A stretch of DNA of 64,000 nt, from assembly GCA_913043005.1 (NCBI GenBank), contig CAJWKU010000004.1, positions 22,981 to 86,980 on the forward strand, in the 5' to 3' direction. Every line of letters starts with the position of its first letter. Within the stretch, counting starts at the first letter, position 1. This DNA is from an uncultured Cryomorphaceae bacterium. GTDB lineage: Bacteria > Bacteroidota > Bacteroidia > Flavobacteriales > Schleiferiaceae. Below are positions 1 through 9,202 of the stretch, one piece after another. The translations under genes were made by a program, and so were the position numbers. The notes beneath the pieces were generated by a model, which did not search any database, was not told the DNA's origin, and saw only the letters and a program-made list of their open reading frames with translations.

Positions 1-834
1 GAAAGTTCTGATGGAAAAACTTTTTTGGAGAAAATAAGACGATATGGTCAAGGTATGCAAGATCAGGAAAGTTCAAGCCAGGTTTCTTTATTTGGTGGTG
101 ATTCAGGTATAGATATTCAAGAGCCAGAATTGCCTTTAGCAGATGAATGGAATAGTTTAGAGCTTTTAAAGCGAGAACGCGATGTAAACGGTATATTTTT
201 GAGCGCACATCCATTAGATAATTACAAGTTTGAAATTCAGACATTTGTCAAAAACTCCGTCTCAGAAATGGAGAATCTCGAAACCTTTGTTGGAGATTCT
301 TCGTATCGAGATTACACCATTGCGGGAATAATCTCAAATGTTCAGGTTAAGACGAGCAGAAATGGAAAAGAAATGGGAGTGTTTACCCTTGAAGATCATG
401 AAGGAGCACGTGAGTTTGTTCTTTTCGGAAAGCAATTTTTGAATTTTAGGGAGTTTTTGGTTGATGACATCATGGTTTTAATTCGAGGCAGGGTTCATAG
501 ACCGAATTGGGCCAAAAATGATTCTTCTGCACGTCTCTATGCGGATATAACGAAGATTATATTGTTATCTGAAATTTTCGAAAGAGAAGCTAGGAGCATA
601 GATATAATGTCAGATGTAAATGATGTAATAGTTCATAGATGGCATGAGTTAGGAAATATTTTAAGAAAATATCCTGGAGATTCTAAAGTCACCTTTCATG
701 TTAAGGATCCCATAACTAGTGTTTCTGTAGCTATGCCCTCACGAAATCTTAAAACTAATATTAACCAGGCTCTACTTGGAGAAATTGATGCGTTAGATTT
801 CGTTCATGCTTTTGTTAAAACGGATCAATCATGA
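1..834 (+). CDS. dnaE: DNA polymerase III alpha subunit, C-terminal fragment (5' end upstream of window)
   Basis: The frame is open from base 1. The track's M at 25 is a TTG inside that open frame. The translation shows the DnaE C-terminal region (RERDVNGIFLSAHPLD) and an OB-fold stretch (YTIAGIISNVQVKTSRNGKEMGVFTLEDHEG). Confidence 0.85.
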   Translation, partial: ESSDGKTFLEKIRRYGQGMQDQESSSQVSLFGGDSGIDIQEPELPLADEWNSLELLKRERDVNGIFLSAHPLDNYKFEIQTFVKNSVSEMENLETFVGDSSYRDYTIAGIISNVQVKTSRNGKEMGVFTLEDHEGAREFVLFGKQFLNFREFLVDDIMVLIRGRVHRPNWAKNDSSARLYADITKIILLSEIFEREARSIDIMSDVNDVIVHRWHELGNILRKYPGDSKVTFHVKDPITSVSVAMPSRNLKTNINQALLGEIDALDFVHAFVKTDQS

Positions 835-1538
835 AATATTGTTTCATATTTTTTGTTTGTCTCATTTCAGGCAATGATATGTTGGCTCAAGCCCAAAATG
901 AAGAACTTTTTCAGAATCGCACCAATAATGGGTTTAAAGATGGATTCTGGCGAGTGAAGCATAAAGGAACGTCTATTGATAGATATACGGGTGAGTTCCA
1001 AATGGGTGTACCTAAGGGTGTTTTTAAGCACTACTATTCCAATGGTATATTAAGATCTGCAATGTACTTTAAAGCACTTTCGGGAGAATGTTATGTAAAA
1101 AATTATAATAGAAAAGAAAAACTCATTTCGGAAGGTAAGTACTTATCGAAAAATGTAAAAGATAGTATTTGGAAAACATATAACGAAATTGGTCAAATAA
1201 TTATTTCGGAAACATGGAAAAAAGGCAATTTAGAAGGATTGTATAAGACTTATTATTCCAATGGAAATGTCGTTGAGTCTGGAATTATGAATAATGCAAA
1301 AAAAGATGGCCAATGGATTAGATGGTCTGAAAATGGAGAAAAAATAAGGGTAAGCAATTATTCGGATAATATTTTAAATGGTAAATGGATTGACTATGAT
1401 GTTGACGGCCGCGTTAAAATGCTAGGAGTCTATCTCAATGGTTATCGTGAGGGTAAATGGGTTTTTTATAATTTTGGAAAACCTAGGAAATCCATCATTT
1501 TTCAAAAAGGACGAGAGATAAATATTACTGAATACTAA
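831..1538 (+). CDS. MORN-variant repeat protein (YwqK-like), probably exported
   Basis: It has a hydrophobic N-terminus ([14 protein letters not shown]). Repeated units follow, such as [51 protein letters not shown] and [11 protein letters not shown]. Its start overlaps the dnaE stop (ATGA). Confidence 0.6.
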   Translation: MKYCFIFFVCLISGNDMLAQAQNEELFQNRTNNGFKDGFWRVKHKGTSIDRYTGEFQMGVPKGVFKHYYSNGILRSAMYFKALSGECYVKNYNRKEKLISEGKYLSKNVKDSIWKTYNEIGQIIISETWKKGNLEGLYKTYYSNGNVVESGIMNNAKKDGQWIRWSENGEKIRVSNYSDNILNGKWIDYDVDGRVKMLGVYLNGYREGKWVFYNFGKPRKSIIFQKGREINITEY

Positions 1539-2683
1539 TGGCATTAATTGTTGTAGGTCTTTCCGGCGGAGTAGATTCATCTGTCGCAGCTCACCTTTTA
1601 AAAAAACAAGGGCATGAAGTTATTGGGTTGTTTATGCGAAATTGGACGGATGAATCGGTTACTTTGGAAGAGGAGTGTCCTTGGATAGAGGATTCTAATG
1701 ATGCTCTATTAGTTGCGGAAAAACTAAAAATACCTTTTCAGGTTTTGGACTTAAGTGATCAATACAAGAAACGAATTGTTGATTATATGTACTCGGAATA
1801 TCAGGTTGGACGAACACCCAATCCGGATATTCTTTGTAATAGAGAAATAAAATTTGATATTTTTTTAAAAGCTGCCCTGGCGTTAGGAGCAGATTATGTT
1901 GCCACCGGGCATTATGTTCGGAAAAGTACATCAGAAGATGGTATTCATCATCTCATTGCGGGTATTGACAAATCAAAGGATCAGAGTTACTTTTTATGTC
2001 AGTTGAGCCAAGAACAATTATCTAAAGCATTATTTCCCATAGGTCATCTGCTTAAGTCAAAAGTTCGCGAAATGGCTTTGGATTTAGGGCTTGTTACAGC
2101 AAACAAAAAGGATTCTCAAGGGCTTTGTTTTATTGGTAAGGTGAGTCTTCCGGACTTTTTACAGCAAAAACTAAAGCCAAAAAGGGGGAAAATCATCGAA
2201 GTCCAAGCATCATGGCAAGGTTTTGAATCTCCACAGTGGGGAAGACAATGGCCATTAACGTCTGATTTTGGCAAAGTTGTAGGTTCTCATAACGGAGCAT
2301 ATTACTTCACTATCGGTCAAAGGAAAGGCTTGTTCGTTGGAGGAAAAGCCTTACCTCTTTTTGTCATCGCATTGGATGTGGAAAAAAATATTGTTTATGT
2401 TGGACAAGGAGAAAATCATCCTGGGTTATACAGGCCATTTTTAAAAATTTATAATTCAGACATTCACTGGGTGAATGCTGAAAAAAAAATGAATCTTGGA
2501 GAATCACGTGATTATATGTTTAGAATTCGATATCGACAGAAACTTTTTGGCGCGAAAATTGAATCCCTAGCTGAGGGATTCAAAATTCAAAGTAATGAAC
2601 CCATGAAATCTGTTGCTCCTGGGCAATTTGCATCTTGGTATGATGGAAATGAATTGGTGGGCTCTGGAATAATACACAGCTAA
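1538..2683 (+). CDS. mnmA: tRNA 2-thiouridine(34) synthase
   Basis: It carries the PP-loop [12 protein letters not shown] plus [10 protein letters not shown] and SKDQSYFL. The 381-aa length is typical, and a TAATG junction links it to the upstream gene. Confidence 0.9.
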   Translation: MALIVVGLSGGVDSSVAAHLLKKQGHEVIGLFMRNWTDESVTLEEECPWIEDSNDALLVAEKLKIPFQVLDLSDQYKKRIVDYMYSEYQVGRTPNPDILCNREIKFDIFLKAALALGADYVATGHYVRKSTSEDGIHHLIAGIDKSKDQSYFLCQLSQEQLSKALFPIGHLLKSKVREMALDLGLVTANKKDSQGLCFIGKVSLPDFLQQKLKPKRGKIIEVQASWQGFESPQWGRQWPLTSDFGKVVGSHNGAYYFTIGQRKGLFVGGKALPLFVIALDVEKNIVYVGQGENHPGLYRPFLKIYNSDIHWVNAEKKMNLGESRDYMFRIRYRQKLFGAKIESLAEGFKIQSNEPMKSVAPGQFASWYDGNELVGSGIIHS

Positions 2684-2695
2684 AAGAAAGACAAT

Positions 2696-4294
2696 ATGCT
2701 CAAGAAAATAATCTTATGTTTGATCTTGCCCATTTTATACTCAAATTTTTCTTATGCTCAAGAGACTATAAGATATTGGGTGTATGTTGATGAGCCAATT
2801 CTAGAAAGATTAGGTATAACCACATTATCGATACCAGCTCTTTCTCAGCGTTCTTTAGATCGAAGATCAAGACAAAACATCCCTCTTCGTTCATTTGATT
2901 ATTCAATGCCGAAATCATTACACGATATGGTTGAATCAACTGGCGCCGATGTTAGATTTTTCTCTCGTTGGTTAAGAGCATTCTCTGTGGAAGCATCAAA
3001 TGATGAATATGAATTGCTAAGAAAAAAGAAATGGATTAAGAAAATAACCCCAGTTCAAAAGATGTTTAGGAAAAAACTTCAACAAGGAGATATTTCGTAT
3101 GGTTTTTCTTACGGACAGAGTTTAGGACAAACTGATCAAATAAACCTGGCTCCAATTCATGACCTGGGCTTCGCTGGGCAAGGGGTATTCATTGCTTTAA
3201 TGGACGGAGGTTTTTCCGGGGTTGAGACTCATTCTGTTTTTCAAAGTGCTTGGAATCAGGGCCGTATTTCGTTGACAAAGGATTTTGTTGATGGAGACAC
3301 AAATGTTTTTCATGTTGGAAGTCATGGAATGAGCGTTTTGAGTACAATTTGTGCAGATTTAAACGGAACTTTTGTGGGGACCGCTCCGGAGGCTTCGTAT
3401 GCCTTGTTTAGAACAGAAAATGAGCTTTCAGAAACAATTGCAGAAGAAGATAATTGGGTTTGGGCATCTGAATGGGCTGATAGTATTGGAGTTGATATTA
3501 CAAATACTTCTTTAGGTTATACAACTTTTGATAATGGAATTGGTGATCATACTTATTCCGATCTTGATGGAAGGACAAGTGTTATTTCTCTAGCTGCAAA
3601 TATTTCAGCTCGAGTTGGTATAATAGTAGTGGCTGCCGCGGGTAATGAAGGATCAACTAGTTGGAAATATATAAGTTGTCCTGCAGATGCAGATTCGATT
3701 TTTTCAATTGGTTCTGTGGACTCTCAGGGGATTCGTTCGGCTTTTTCATCACAAGGACCAACTAGTGATGGGCGGATTAAACCAGATTTAATGGCTAGAG
3801 GTTCAGGAGCTACGGTAATGACATCAAATGGAACTATTGGAACGAGCAGCGGGACCTCTTTTGCTTCCCCTATTATTTGCGGAGCTACTGCGAGTTTATT
3901 ACAATTGGCAAAATCAGTAAATGTTAACTATGATATTCAAGATTTTATGAATTTGATTCGAAATAGCGCTAATAATTCATTCAATCCTGATTCTCTTATG
4001 GGTTATGGGATTCCTAATTATGGTAGTTTGATTTCACACATCGGTTATAATGAGAAAAATGTTGAGGACTTGTTTAAATTATCTTATTCAGAAAATGGAT
4101 GGCGTATTCTTTGGAGTGATTCCCTTAGTATTCAAAAAATAGAAGTATATGATTACACGGGTCGAATTCTTTTTGAAAAAAATTGCTATTCGGGATGCAC
4201 GGATTTCATAGTCCCAAAGTATTCTTTTGGAACTATTGTGAAAGTTTTAGCTGAATCCCAACAATCATTGAAAATACCTCCTTTTAAGTTCTAA
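2696..4294 (+). CDS. S8 family (subtilisin-like) serine peptidase, secreted, with beta-rich C-terminal tail (possible T9SS sorting domain)
   Basis: It has a signal peptide (MLKKIILCLILPILYSNFSYAQ). Subtilase triad contexts are present: IALMDGGF (Asp), GSHGMSVLS (His) and SGTSFASPIICG (Ser). A C-terminal tail of about 80 aa includes IEVYDYTGRILFEK. Confidence 0.85.
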   Translation: MLKKIILCLILPILYSNFSYAQETIRYWVYVDEPILERLGITTLSIPALSQRSLDRRSRQNIPLRSFDYSMPKSLHDMVESTGADVRFFSRWLRAFSVEASNDEYELLRKKKWIKKITPVQKMFRKKLQQGDISYGFSYGQSLGQTDQINLAPIHDLGFAGQGVFIALMDGGFSGVETHSVFQSAWNQGRISLTKDFVDGDTNVFHVGSHGMSVLSTICADLNGTFVGTAPEASYALFRTENELSETIAEEDNWVWASEWADSIGVDITNTSLGYTTFDNGIGDHTYSDLDGRTSVISLAANISARVGIIVVAAAGNEGSTSWKYISCPADADSIFSIGSVDSQGIRSAFSSQGPTSDGRIKPDLMARGSGATVMTSNGTIGTSSGTSFASPIICGATASLLQLAKSVNVNYDIQDFMNLIRNSANNSFNPDSLMGYGIPNYGSLISHIGYNEKNVEDLFKLSYSENGWRILWSDSLSIQKIEVYDYTGRILFEKNCYSGCTDFIVPKYSFGTIVKVLAESQQSLKIPPFKF

Positions 4295-4321
4295 TCTTAT
4301 TCAGATTAGATAGTCAAAGCT

Positions 4322-4924
4322 TTATTTCATGATTCGATTGTCATAGGTTTCACCCATGCTTGCGTTTTTGGGCATTAAAACGGACATGACCTCTTTTTTT
4401 ACCATATTGAAAACAGCCATATGAATATCTTCAGCTATCTCCATGTCCATAGCAGGGGAATGGATGGATAGATCACAAACTTTTTTTAACTCTCCTCCGT
4501 CAAAGCCTGTCATTCCAATAGTTTTAGCTCCAATTTTTTTTGAAAAATCAATAGCTTTTAGGATATTTTTAGAATTACCAGATCCGCTAATTCCTATAAC
4601 AATATCATCTTTTTTAAGAAAGTTTTTTAAGGGTTCGATAAAAATATCATCCCAACCAACATCATTTGCAATGGCCATTAGGCTTGGTATATTATCATTT
4701 AAGCATATAATATTAAATCTTTTTTCCAATCCAAAAGATGCTCCTTTCAGAAAATCTCCAGCGGCATGACTGGCATTTGCAGCCGAACCTCCATTACCCA
4801 TAGTATATATTCTAGAACCGTTTTCGCGGGCTTGTAAAAATATTTCTGTCATCAGACCAACAGAGTCTAAATCGATATCATTTAATGTTTGTTGTAATAA
4901 TTTACGGTATTCAAGTCTTGTCAT
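4322..4924 (-). CDS. gmhA: SIS-domain sedoheptulose-7-phosphate isomerase
   Basis: It shows the GmhA-type motifs GNGGSAANASHAAGDF and GISGSGNS. It is the last gene of a heptose cassette. Confidence 0.8.
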   Translation of the reverse strand: MTRLEYRKLLQQTLNDIDLDSVGLMTEIFLQARENGSRIYTMGNGGSAANASHAAGDFLKGASFGLEKRFNIICLNDNIPSLMAIANDVGWDDIFIEPLKNFLKKDDIVIGISGSGNSKNILKAIDFSKKIGAKTIGMTGFDGGELKKVCDLSIHSPAMDMEIAEDIHMAVFNMVKKEVMSVLMPKNASMGETYDNRIMK

Positions 4925-4946
4925 GATGCTAAGGTACTATTCAAGA

Positions 4947-5927
4947 TTAACCATTAAAAATAACTTGCGATCCAGCTGATTCTAGCTTAAACGGAAAGTT
5001 TGAGAGTCCTAGAGCCTGATCAATTGATAAATGCTTTTCAGGGGGTGCGAAAAAAAGCATGAATCCACCACCGCCGGCGCCAAGGAGCTTTGCTCCCCAC
5101 GCACCATGTTTCTTACCTAAGGAATATATTTGCTTTATTCCGGGGTTGCTAATTCCATCTGCTAGAGACTGCTTAAGAGACCAATTTTCATCAATAATAT
5201 CCCCACAAAGTTTCCAATTATTAGATATTATAGATTTTGCGAAGTCATCCACGAAAGAAACCATTGTTTTTAAAGACTCAATTTTATCTTCTTTTAAAGA
5301 TTCCTTGCTTTGCATTGATAAAATACTCGATGCGCTCCGCTGATTACCTATATAATAAAGGCGCATGTGTTTACTGAATTGTGTCAATGCGTCTTTATCA
5401 ATATGAATAGGTTCAACATTAACTGTGTCGTCTCGATTAAATCTAAATATATTCAAACCTCCAAAAGCTGCCGCATACTGATCTTGTTTACCGATTGGCT
5501 CATTGAGATCATTTATTTCAACTTCGCATGCTTTTTCTCCTAGCCAAGCCTTATTTACGCGATTTATTTTTCCTTCCCTAGCCATCATATTATGAAGAGT
5601 TCCAACTGTGAAACTTGAGGAACTCCCCATTCCTGTTCCTGCCGGAACATCAGCGATAGAGGAAATTTCTAGTCCCAGATTAACATTAAGTTTTTTTATT
5701 ATGGTCCTAAGAATAGGGTGTTTAATATCATCTACAGAATTCACTGTTTCTGTTGCTGAGTATTTCGTTCTTATTTTCTCTTTTTCAAAAAAGTCATGAG
5801 AAGATATGTACATATATTTATCTATTGTACTTGAGAGTACAGCTCCCCCATATTCTCTATAAAAAGCGGGGAGATCACTTCCGCCTCCAACAAAGCTTAT
5901 TCTAAATGGGGTTCGAGTTATGATCAT
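4947..5927 (-). CDS. hddA: GHMP-family sugar kinase (D-glycero-alpha-D-manno-heptose-7-phosphate kinase type)
   Basis: The N-terminus reads RTPFRISFVGGGSDLP and the GHMP ATP loop PAGTGMGSSSS is present. It sits between gmhA and the hddC/gmhB fusion. Confidence 0.7.
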   Translation of the reverse strand: MIITRTPFRISFVGGGSDLPAFYREYGGAVLSSTIDKYMYISSHDFFEKEKIRTKYSATETVNSVDDIKHPILRTIIKKLNVNLGLEISSIADVPAGTGMGSSSSFTVGTLHNMMAREGKINRVNKAWLGEKACEVEINDLNEPIGKQDQYAAAFGGLNIFRFNRDDTVNVEPIHIDKDALTQFSKHMRLYYIGNQRSASSILSMQSKESLKEDKIESLKTMVSFVDDFAKSIISNNWKLCGDIIDENWSLKQSLADGISNPGIKQIYSLGKKHGAWGAKLLGAGGGGFMLFFAPPEKHLSIDQALGLSNFPFKLESAGSQVIFNG

Positions 5928-5942
5928 TTTTTTAGGAGAGTT

Positions 5943-7238
5943 TTAATTTTTTTTTAAAATGAGATCCACAGCATCAGATATGTTTTTAACATTAAAATCT
6001 GGTTTTGTATCACTTTCAATATGACCATGTCCAGTTTTAACCCGAATTGTTTTAACTCCAGCAGATGATCCGCATTGAATATCTCGAGGAGAGTCACCAA
6101 TCATCCAGCTTTTGGTTAAGTCAATATTAAATCTTCTTGCGGCCTCTAAGATCATTCCCGGCTCAGGTTTTCGGCATTCACATTTAATTTTAAATTCCCT
6201 GATTTCTTCTGGAAATCCTCCATCAGGATGATGCGGACAGTAGTATAAGTAATCGATATATGCACCCATATCTCCAAGCTGCTTGTCCATTCTTGAGTGA
6301 ATTAAATGCAAAGTGTTTTCATCACAGAGTCCTCTTGCAATTACACTTTGATTTGTTATTACTATTGATATGTATTCACTTTTATTTATTCTACGAATTG
6401 CTGGTCCTGCGAATTCATATACACTCATTTCATCTTGATGTTTTATCAGATCGGTATCCAAGTTAATAACACCATCGCGATCAATAAAAATAGCTTTTTG
6501 TTTTTTAGATAGATTTCTCGATTTAACTTTTCCATTTAGGTAAGCTTCTTCTACTTCTTTTCTTCTTTCACTCTTGCCCATGTCTTTTATGTATTCTGTG
6601 CTATTGTAGGCATACATTTCAAACATGTTGGTCCAATTTGGAAATAAATCTCGACCAAAGTCAGAGCTGGTATTTTCTGGTATTTTATTTAATATTTCCG
6701 GATTCATTAGATAGAAAGCGGCATTGACACAATTTGCAAATTCAACACCAGGGGGGTGTGGCTTACTATGAACTTTGGTGATTTTTTTAAGGGAATTATA
6801 GCTGATTAGATCGCTATCATACGGGTGATCATTGGGATGAACTAACAAAGTGAGTTGTGCATTTTTCTCTAAATGGAAATCTCTCATTTTTTTTAAGCTA
6901 ATACTACTTACAGTATCTCCATATATAACCCAAAAAGGATCTGATAATTTACTTTGTAAAACCCTGAGGGCTCCTGCTGTGCCTAAAGGCTGGTCTTCAA
7001 TAATGTAATGAATGTCAATATTCCATTTTGTTCCATTACCAAAATAATCTTGAATTTGATTTCCTAAATGACCTATTGTAATAAAAAAGCGCTCAATTCC
7101 TTGAGCGCTATATGTTTCTATAATATGTTGCAAAACAGGCTTTTCTGCCACAGGTATCATAGGTTTCGCAATACCGGGAAAAGATTCTTGAATTCTAGTC
7201 CCTCTCCCACCAGCCAGTATGACTGCAGTAGAAAACAT
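5943..7238 (-). CDS. Bifunctional sugar-1-phosphate nucleotidyltransferase (HddC-like) / HAD heptose-1,7-bisphosphate phosphatase (GmhB-like) fusion
   Basis: The N-terminal half is an NTP-transferase (AVILAGGRGTRI, QPLGTAGAL). The C-terminal half is a HAD phosphatase (AIFIDRDGVIN, VITNQS, CECRKPEPGM, IGDSPRDI). Confidence 0.8.
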   Translation of the reverse strand: MFSTAVILAGGRGTRIQESFPGIAKPMIPVAEKPVLQHIIETYSAQGIERFFITIGHLGNQIQDYFGNGTKWNIDIHYIIEDQPLGTAGALRVLQSKLSDPFWVIYGDTVSSISLKKMRDFHLEKNAQLTLLVHPNDHPYDSDLISYNSLKKITKVHSKPHPPGVEFANCVNAAFYLMNPEILNKIPENTSSDFGRDLFPNWTNMFEMYAYNSTEYIKDMGKSERRKEVEEAYLNGKVKSRNLSKKQKAIFIDRDGVINLDTDLIKHQDEMSVYEFAGPAIRRINKSEYISIVITNQSVIARGLCDENTLHLIHSRMDKQLGDMGAYIDYLYYCPHHPDGGFPEEIREFKIKCECRKPEPGMILEAARRFNIDLTKSWMIGDSPRDIQCGSSAGVKTIRVKTGHGHIESDTKPDFNVKNISDAVDLILKKN

Positions 7239-7239
7239 T

Positions 7240-7557
7240 TTATAGTGCTGCTTCTAACTTATCAGCAAGAATACTTTTTGCTGCAACACCAACTTGCTTA
7301 TCTACAACTTCACCATTCTTGAAAATTAAAAGAGTTGGGATATTTCTAATACCAAATTGCGCAGCAATTTCATTTTGGGTATCGACATCAACTTTTCCTA
7401 CAAGCGCACGACCTTCAAAATCGGTAGCTAATTCGTCTACCATTGGCCCAACCATTCTGCATGGCCCGCACCATTCTGCCCAGAAGTCAACCAAAACCGG
7501 CTTATCAGATTTCATTACTAGATCCTGAAAATTACTATTTGTAAGTTCTATTGCCAT
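7240..7557 (-). CDS. trxA: Thioredoxin
   Basis: It has the WCGPC active site. I moved the start to MAIELTNSNF (ATG at 7557) for a typical length of about 105 aa. Its stop lies 1 nt before the ATG of the downstream fusion gene. Confidence 0.9.
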   Translation of the reverse strand: MAIELTNSNFQDLVMKSDKPVLVDFWAEWCGPCRMVGPMVDELATDFEGRALVGKVDVDTQNEIAAQFGIRNIPTLLIFKNGEVVDKQVGVAAKSILADKLEAAL

Positions 7558-7614
7558 AATTTTTTTCTTAATAGTTATTGTTGTCAAAGGTAAACCCGGT
7601 ATCGTAAACTTACA

Positions 7615-7800
7615 TTAATTCCTTTTTGATGTTTCGAAAATTAAATAAAAAATATAACCTATTCCGCCAATTAAGGTTAACGCAGAGCCTACATAATATA
7701 TTGTTCGGGATCCTTGTAATTGTTGCATGAAAAATATATCTGCAACAACATCAAGACAACAACCGATTACAAATGATAATAAAAAAAGTGATTTCCTCAT
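7615..7800 (-). CDS. Small hypothetical membrane protein (61 aa, two hydrophobic segments)
   Basis: This rests on the ORF alone, with two predicted TM-like stretches. I recognise no family. Confidence 0.3.
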   Translation of the reverse strand: MRKSLFLLSFVIGCCLDVVADIFFMQQLQGSRTIYYVGSALTLIGGIGYIFYLIFETSKRN

Positions 7801-7832
7801 ATTTTCTTTCTCAGAAAGATACTAATTGTAAA

Positions 7833-7858
7833 TAAAAAATCCTCCAAATTGGAGGATA
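7833..7858 (-). terminator. Rho-independent terminator after tRNA-Asp
   Basis: The inverted repeat atcctcc/ggaggat has a short loop. It is flanked by a plus-strand A-run, which is a U-run on the minus transcript. Confidence 0.55.
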
Positions 7859-7864
7859 ATTTAG

Positions 7865-7938
7865 CGGTGCGGACGGGACTCGAACCCGCGACCCTCGGCG
7901 TGACAGGCCGATATTCTAACCAACTGAACTACCGCACC
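7865..7938 (-). tRNA. tRNA-Asp (anticodon GTC)
   Basis: The reverse complement GGTGCGGTAGTTCAGTTGGTTAGAATATCGGCCTGTCACGCCGAGGGTCGCGGGTTCGAGTCCCGTCCGCACCG folds as a 74-nt cloverleaf. The anticodon loop is CTGTCAC, and no CCA is encoded. Confidence 0.93.
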
Positions 7939-7958
7939 AGTATTTTCTATTGGGTGTG

Positions 7959-7966
7959 CAAATATA
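7959..7966 (-). promoter_or_regulatory. Bacteroidota -7 box (TATATTTG) for tRNA-Asp
   Basis: The plus-strand caaatata is the reverse complement of TAtaTTTG. It lies 20 nt upstream of the tRNA 5' end. The same TGCAAATATA block precedes the other tRNA units. Confidence 0.5.
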
Positions 7967-7972
7967 AACCCC

Positions 7973-9202
7973 TTATTGCGACTGCAAAATACGACTCGGG
8001 TTAATTTTAGATAAAATCATAGAAGTTATCCAAGTTGTTACTGTTAGGACTATAAAAATCAAAATATTGGCATTGATAAATTTGATCCATGGCCAAGATA
8101 CGGGAACGACTGAAATATAGTAGGTATCTGGGTCTAAAGGAATCAATCCCCACTTTGACTGAATAAATAAAAATAAATATCCTAGAATATTTCCAAGGAC
8201 TAATCCTAATAATATACTTGGAGAAAAAAGAGTCATAAAGCTTTTATAGAGTGATGTCTTTCGCATCCCAATAGCTCGAAGTATTGCTAAAGAAGTCTTT
8301 TTTTCTATAATTCTGATAAAAATGACTACGACTGAGTTGAAACTGGCTACAATAGTAAGAATCAATCCCAAGAGATATGTGTTGTTGTCAAATAAATTTA
8401 TCCATTGATATAATTGAGGGAAATCATCTTGACTCGTGAAAATCTCAAAATCTACAGGTAAAGTGCTATTTAATTGCTCTGCCTGCTCCCTTGATATTTT
8501 ATTTTTAGTATAAAGTAAAACAGCTTGTGAATTGTCAAAATCCCACTTATTAAGCTTTTGGATCATTTTCAATGAACAGATTATTAAAGGATCCTCCCAT
8601 TCAGTAATTCCGCTTTTAAAAATTCCAACAATATCAAAGTATCTAATTGATGGATTTTGACGCCCTTCTCGGCTGAAATACATTTGAATCTGGTCATTTA
8701 AAGATGCCCCTAACTTCCTCGCCATTTCTTCCGATATCCATATAGAATTAGGATTATTGGACCAATCCGGAATAATTCCTTCATGATGAACTGAAGATAT
8801 TGATTCAGGGATTTTATCAAAACCAAAAAGTCTTGCTCCTTCCATCTGATCAGAAAATGTAATGATGCCAGACTTCCAAGCAACGAAATGATAGCTTTCT
8901 ATAGATCTATTTCTTTCAAAAAATTTATTTGAATCAATATATAATTGAGATTTTGAAAAAGCATATAAATCTCCTTCTAATGTGGTTTGATATGGCCGTA
9001 TTTGATATGATCCATGAAACCTTTCAATTTTTTTTTCTATTTCAAATTGTAATCCTCCACCTGTACTTAAACCAATAATGATGGTCATTATTCCCATACC
9101 GATAACGGATATCGCCAAAAAATTGGCTTTTTTTTGACGTTGGATGTTTTTTGCCCAACGCCAACCTAGCCATATCGAGAAAAATCGCCATCTTGGAACC
9201 AT
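7973..9202 (-). CDS. FtsX-like ABC transporter permease (LolC/E-type)
   Basis: The 409-aa protein has an N-terminal TM segment (FLAISVIGMGIMTIIIG) and a large extracytoplasmic domain. A C-terminal FtsX-type TM bundle (LAILRAIGMRK...) follows. Confidence 0.75.
   Translation of the reverse strand: MVPRWRFFSIWLGWRWAKNIQRQKKANFLAISVIGMGIMTIIIGLSTGGGLQFEIEKKIERFHGSYQIRPYQTTLEGDLYAFSKSQLYIDSNKFFERNRSIESYHFVAWKSGIITFSDQMEGARLFGFDKIPESISSVHHEGIIPDWSNNPNSIWISEEMARKLGASLNDQIQMYFSREGRQNPSIRYFDIVGIFKSGITEWEDPLIICSLKMIQKLNKWDFDNSQAVLLYTKNKISREQAEQLNSTLPVDFEIFTSQDDFPQLYQWINLFDNNTYLLGLILTIVASFNSVVVIFIRIIEKKTSLAILRAIGMRKTSLYKSFMTLFSPSILLGLVLGNILGYLFLFIQSKWGLIPLDPDTYYISVVPVSWPWIKFINANILIFIVLTVTTWITSMILSKINPSRILQSQ

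Noticed and set aside
831-1538. The YwqK-like 'antitoxin' label suggested a toxin-antitoxin locus next to dnaE.
   Set aside because: No toxin-like partner gene is adjacent (dnaE upstream, mnmA downstream). The protein has a signal-like N-terminus. It is best described simply as a MORN-variant repeat protein.
4443-5799. Plus-strand ORFs 4443..4769, 5059..5343 and 5608..5799. Similar antisense ORFs occur elsewhere, for example 1695..1931, 6260..6466, 7068..7528, 14951..15208, 18492..19528, 26333..26593, 34581..34778, 46472..47101, 54778..55032, 56138..57580, 60578..61492 and 61749..61952.
   Set aside because: All lie fully inside, and antisense or out of frame to, long ORFs with clear family motifs. 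Their translations are low-complexity with no recognisable domains. These are typical shadow ORFs in AT-rich DNA.
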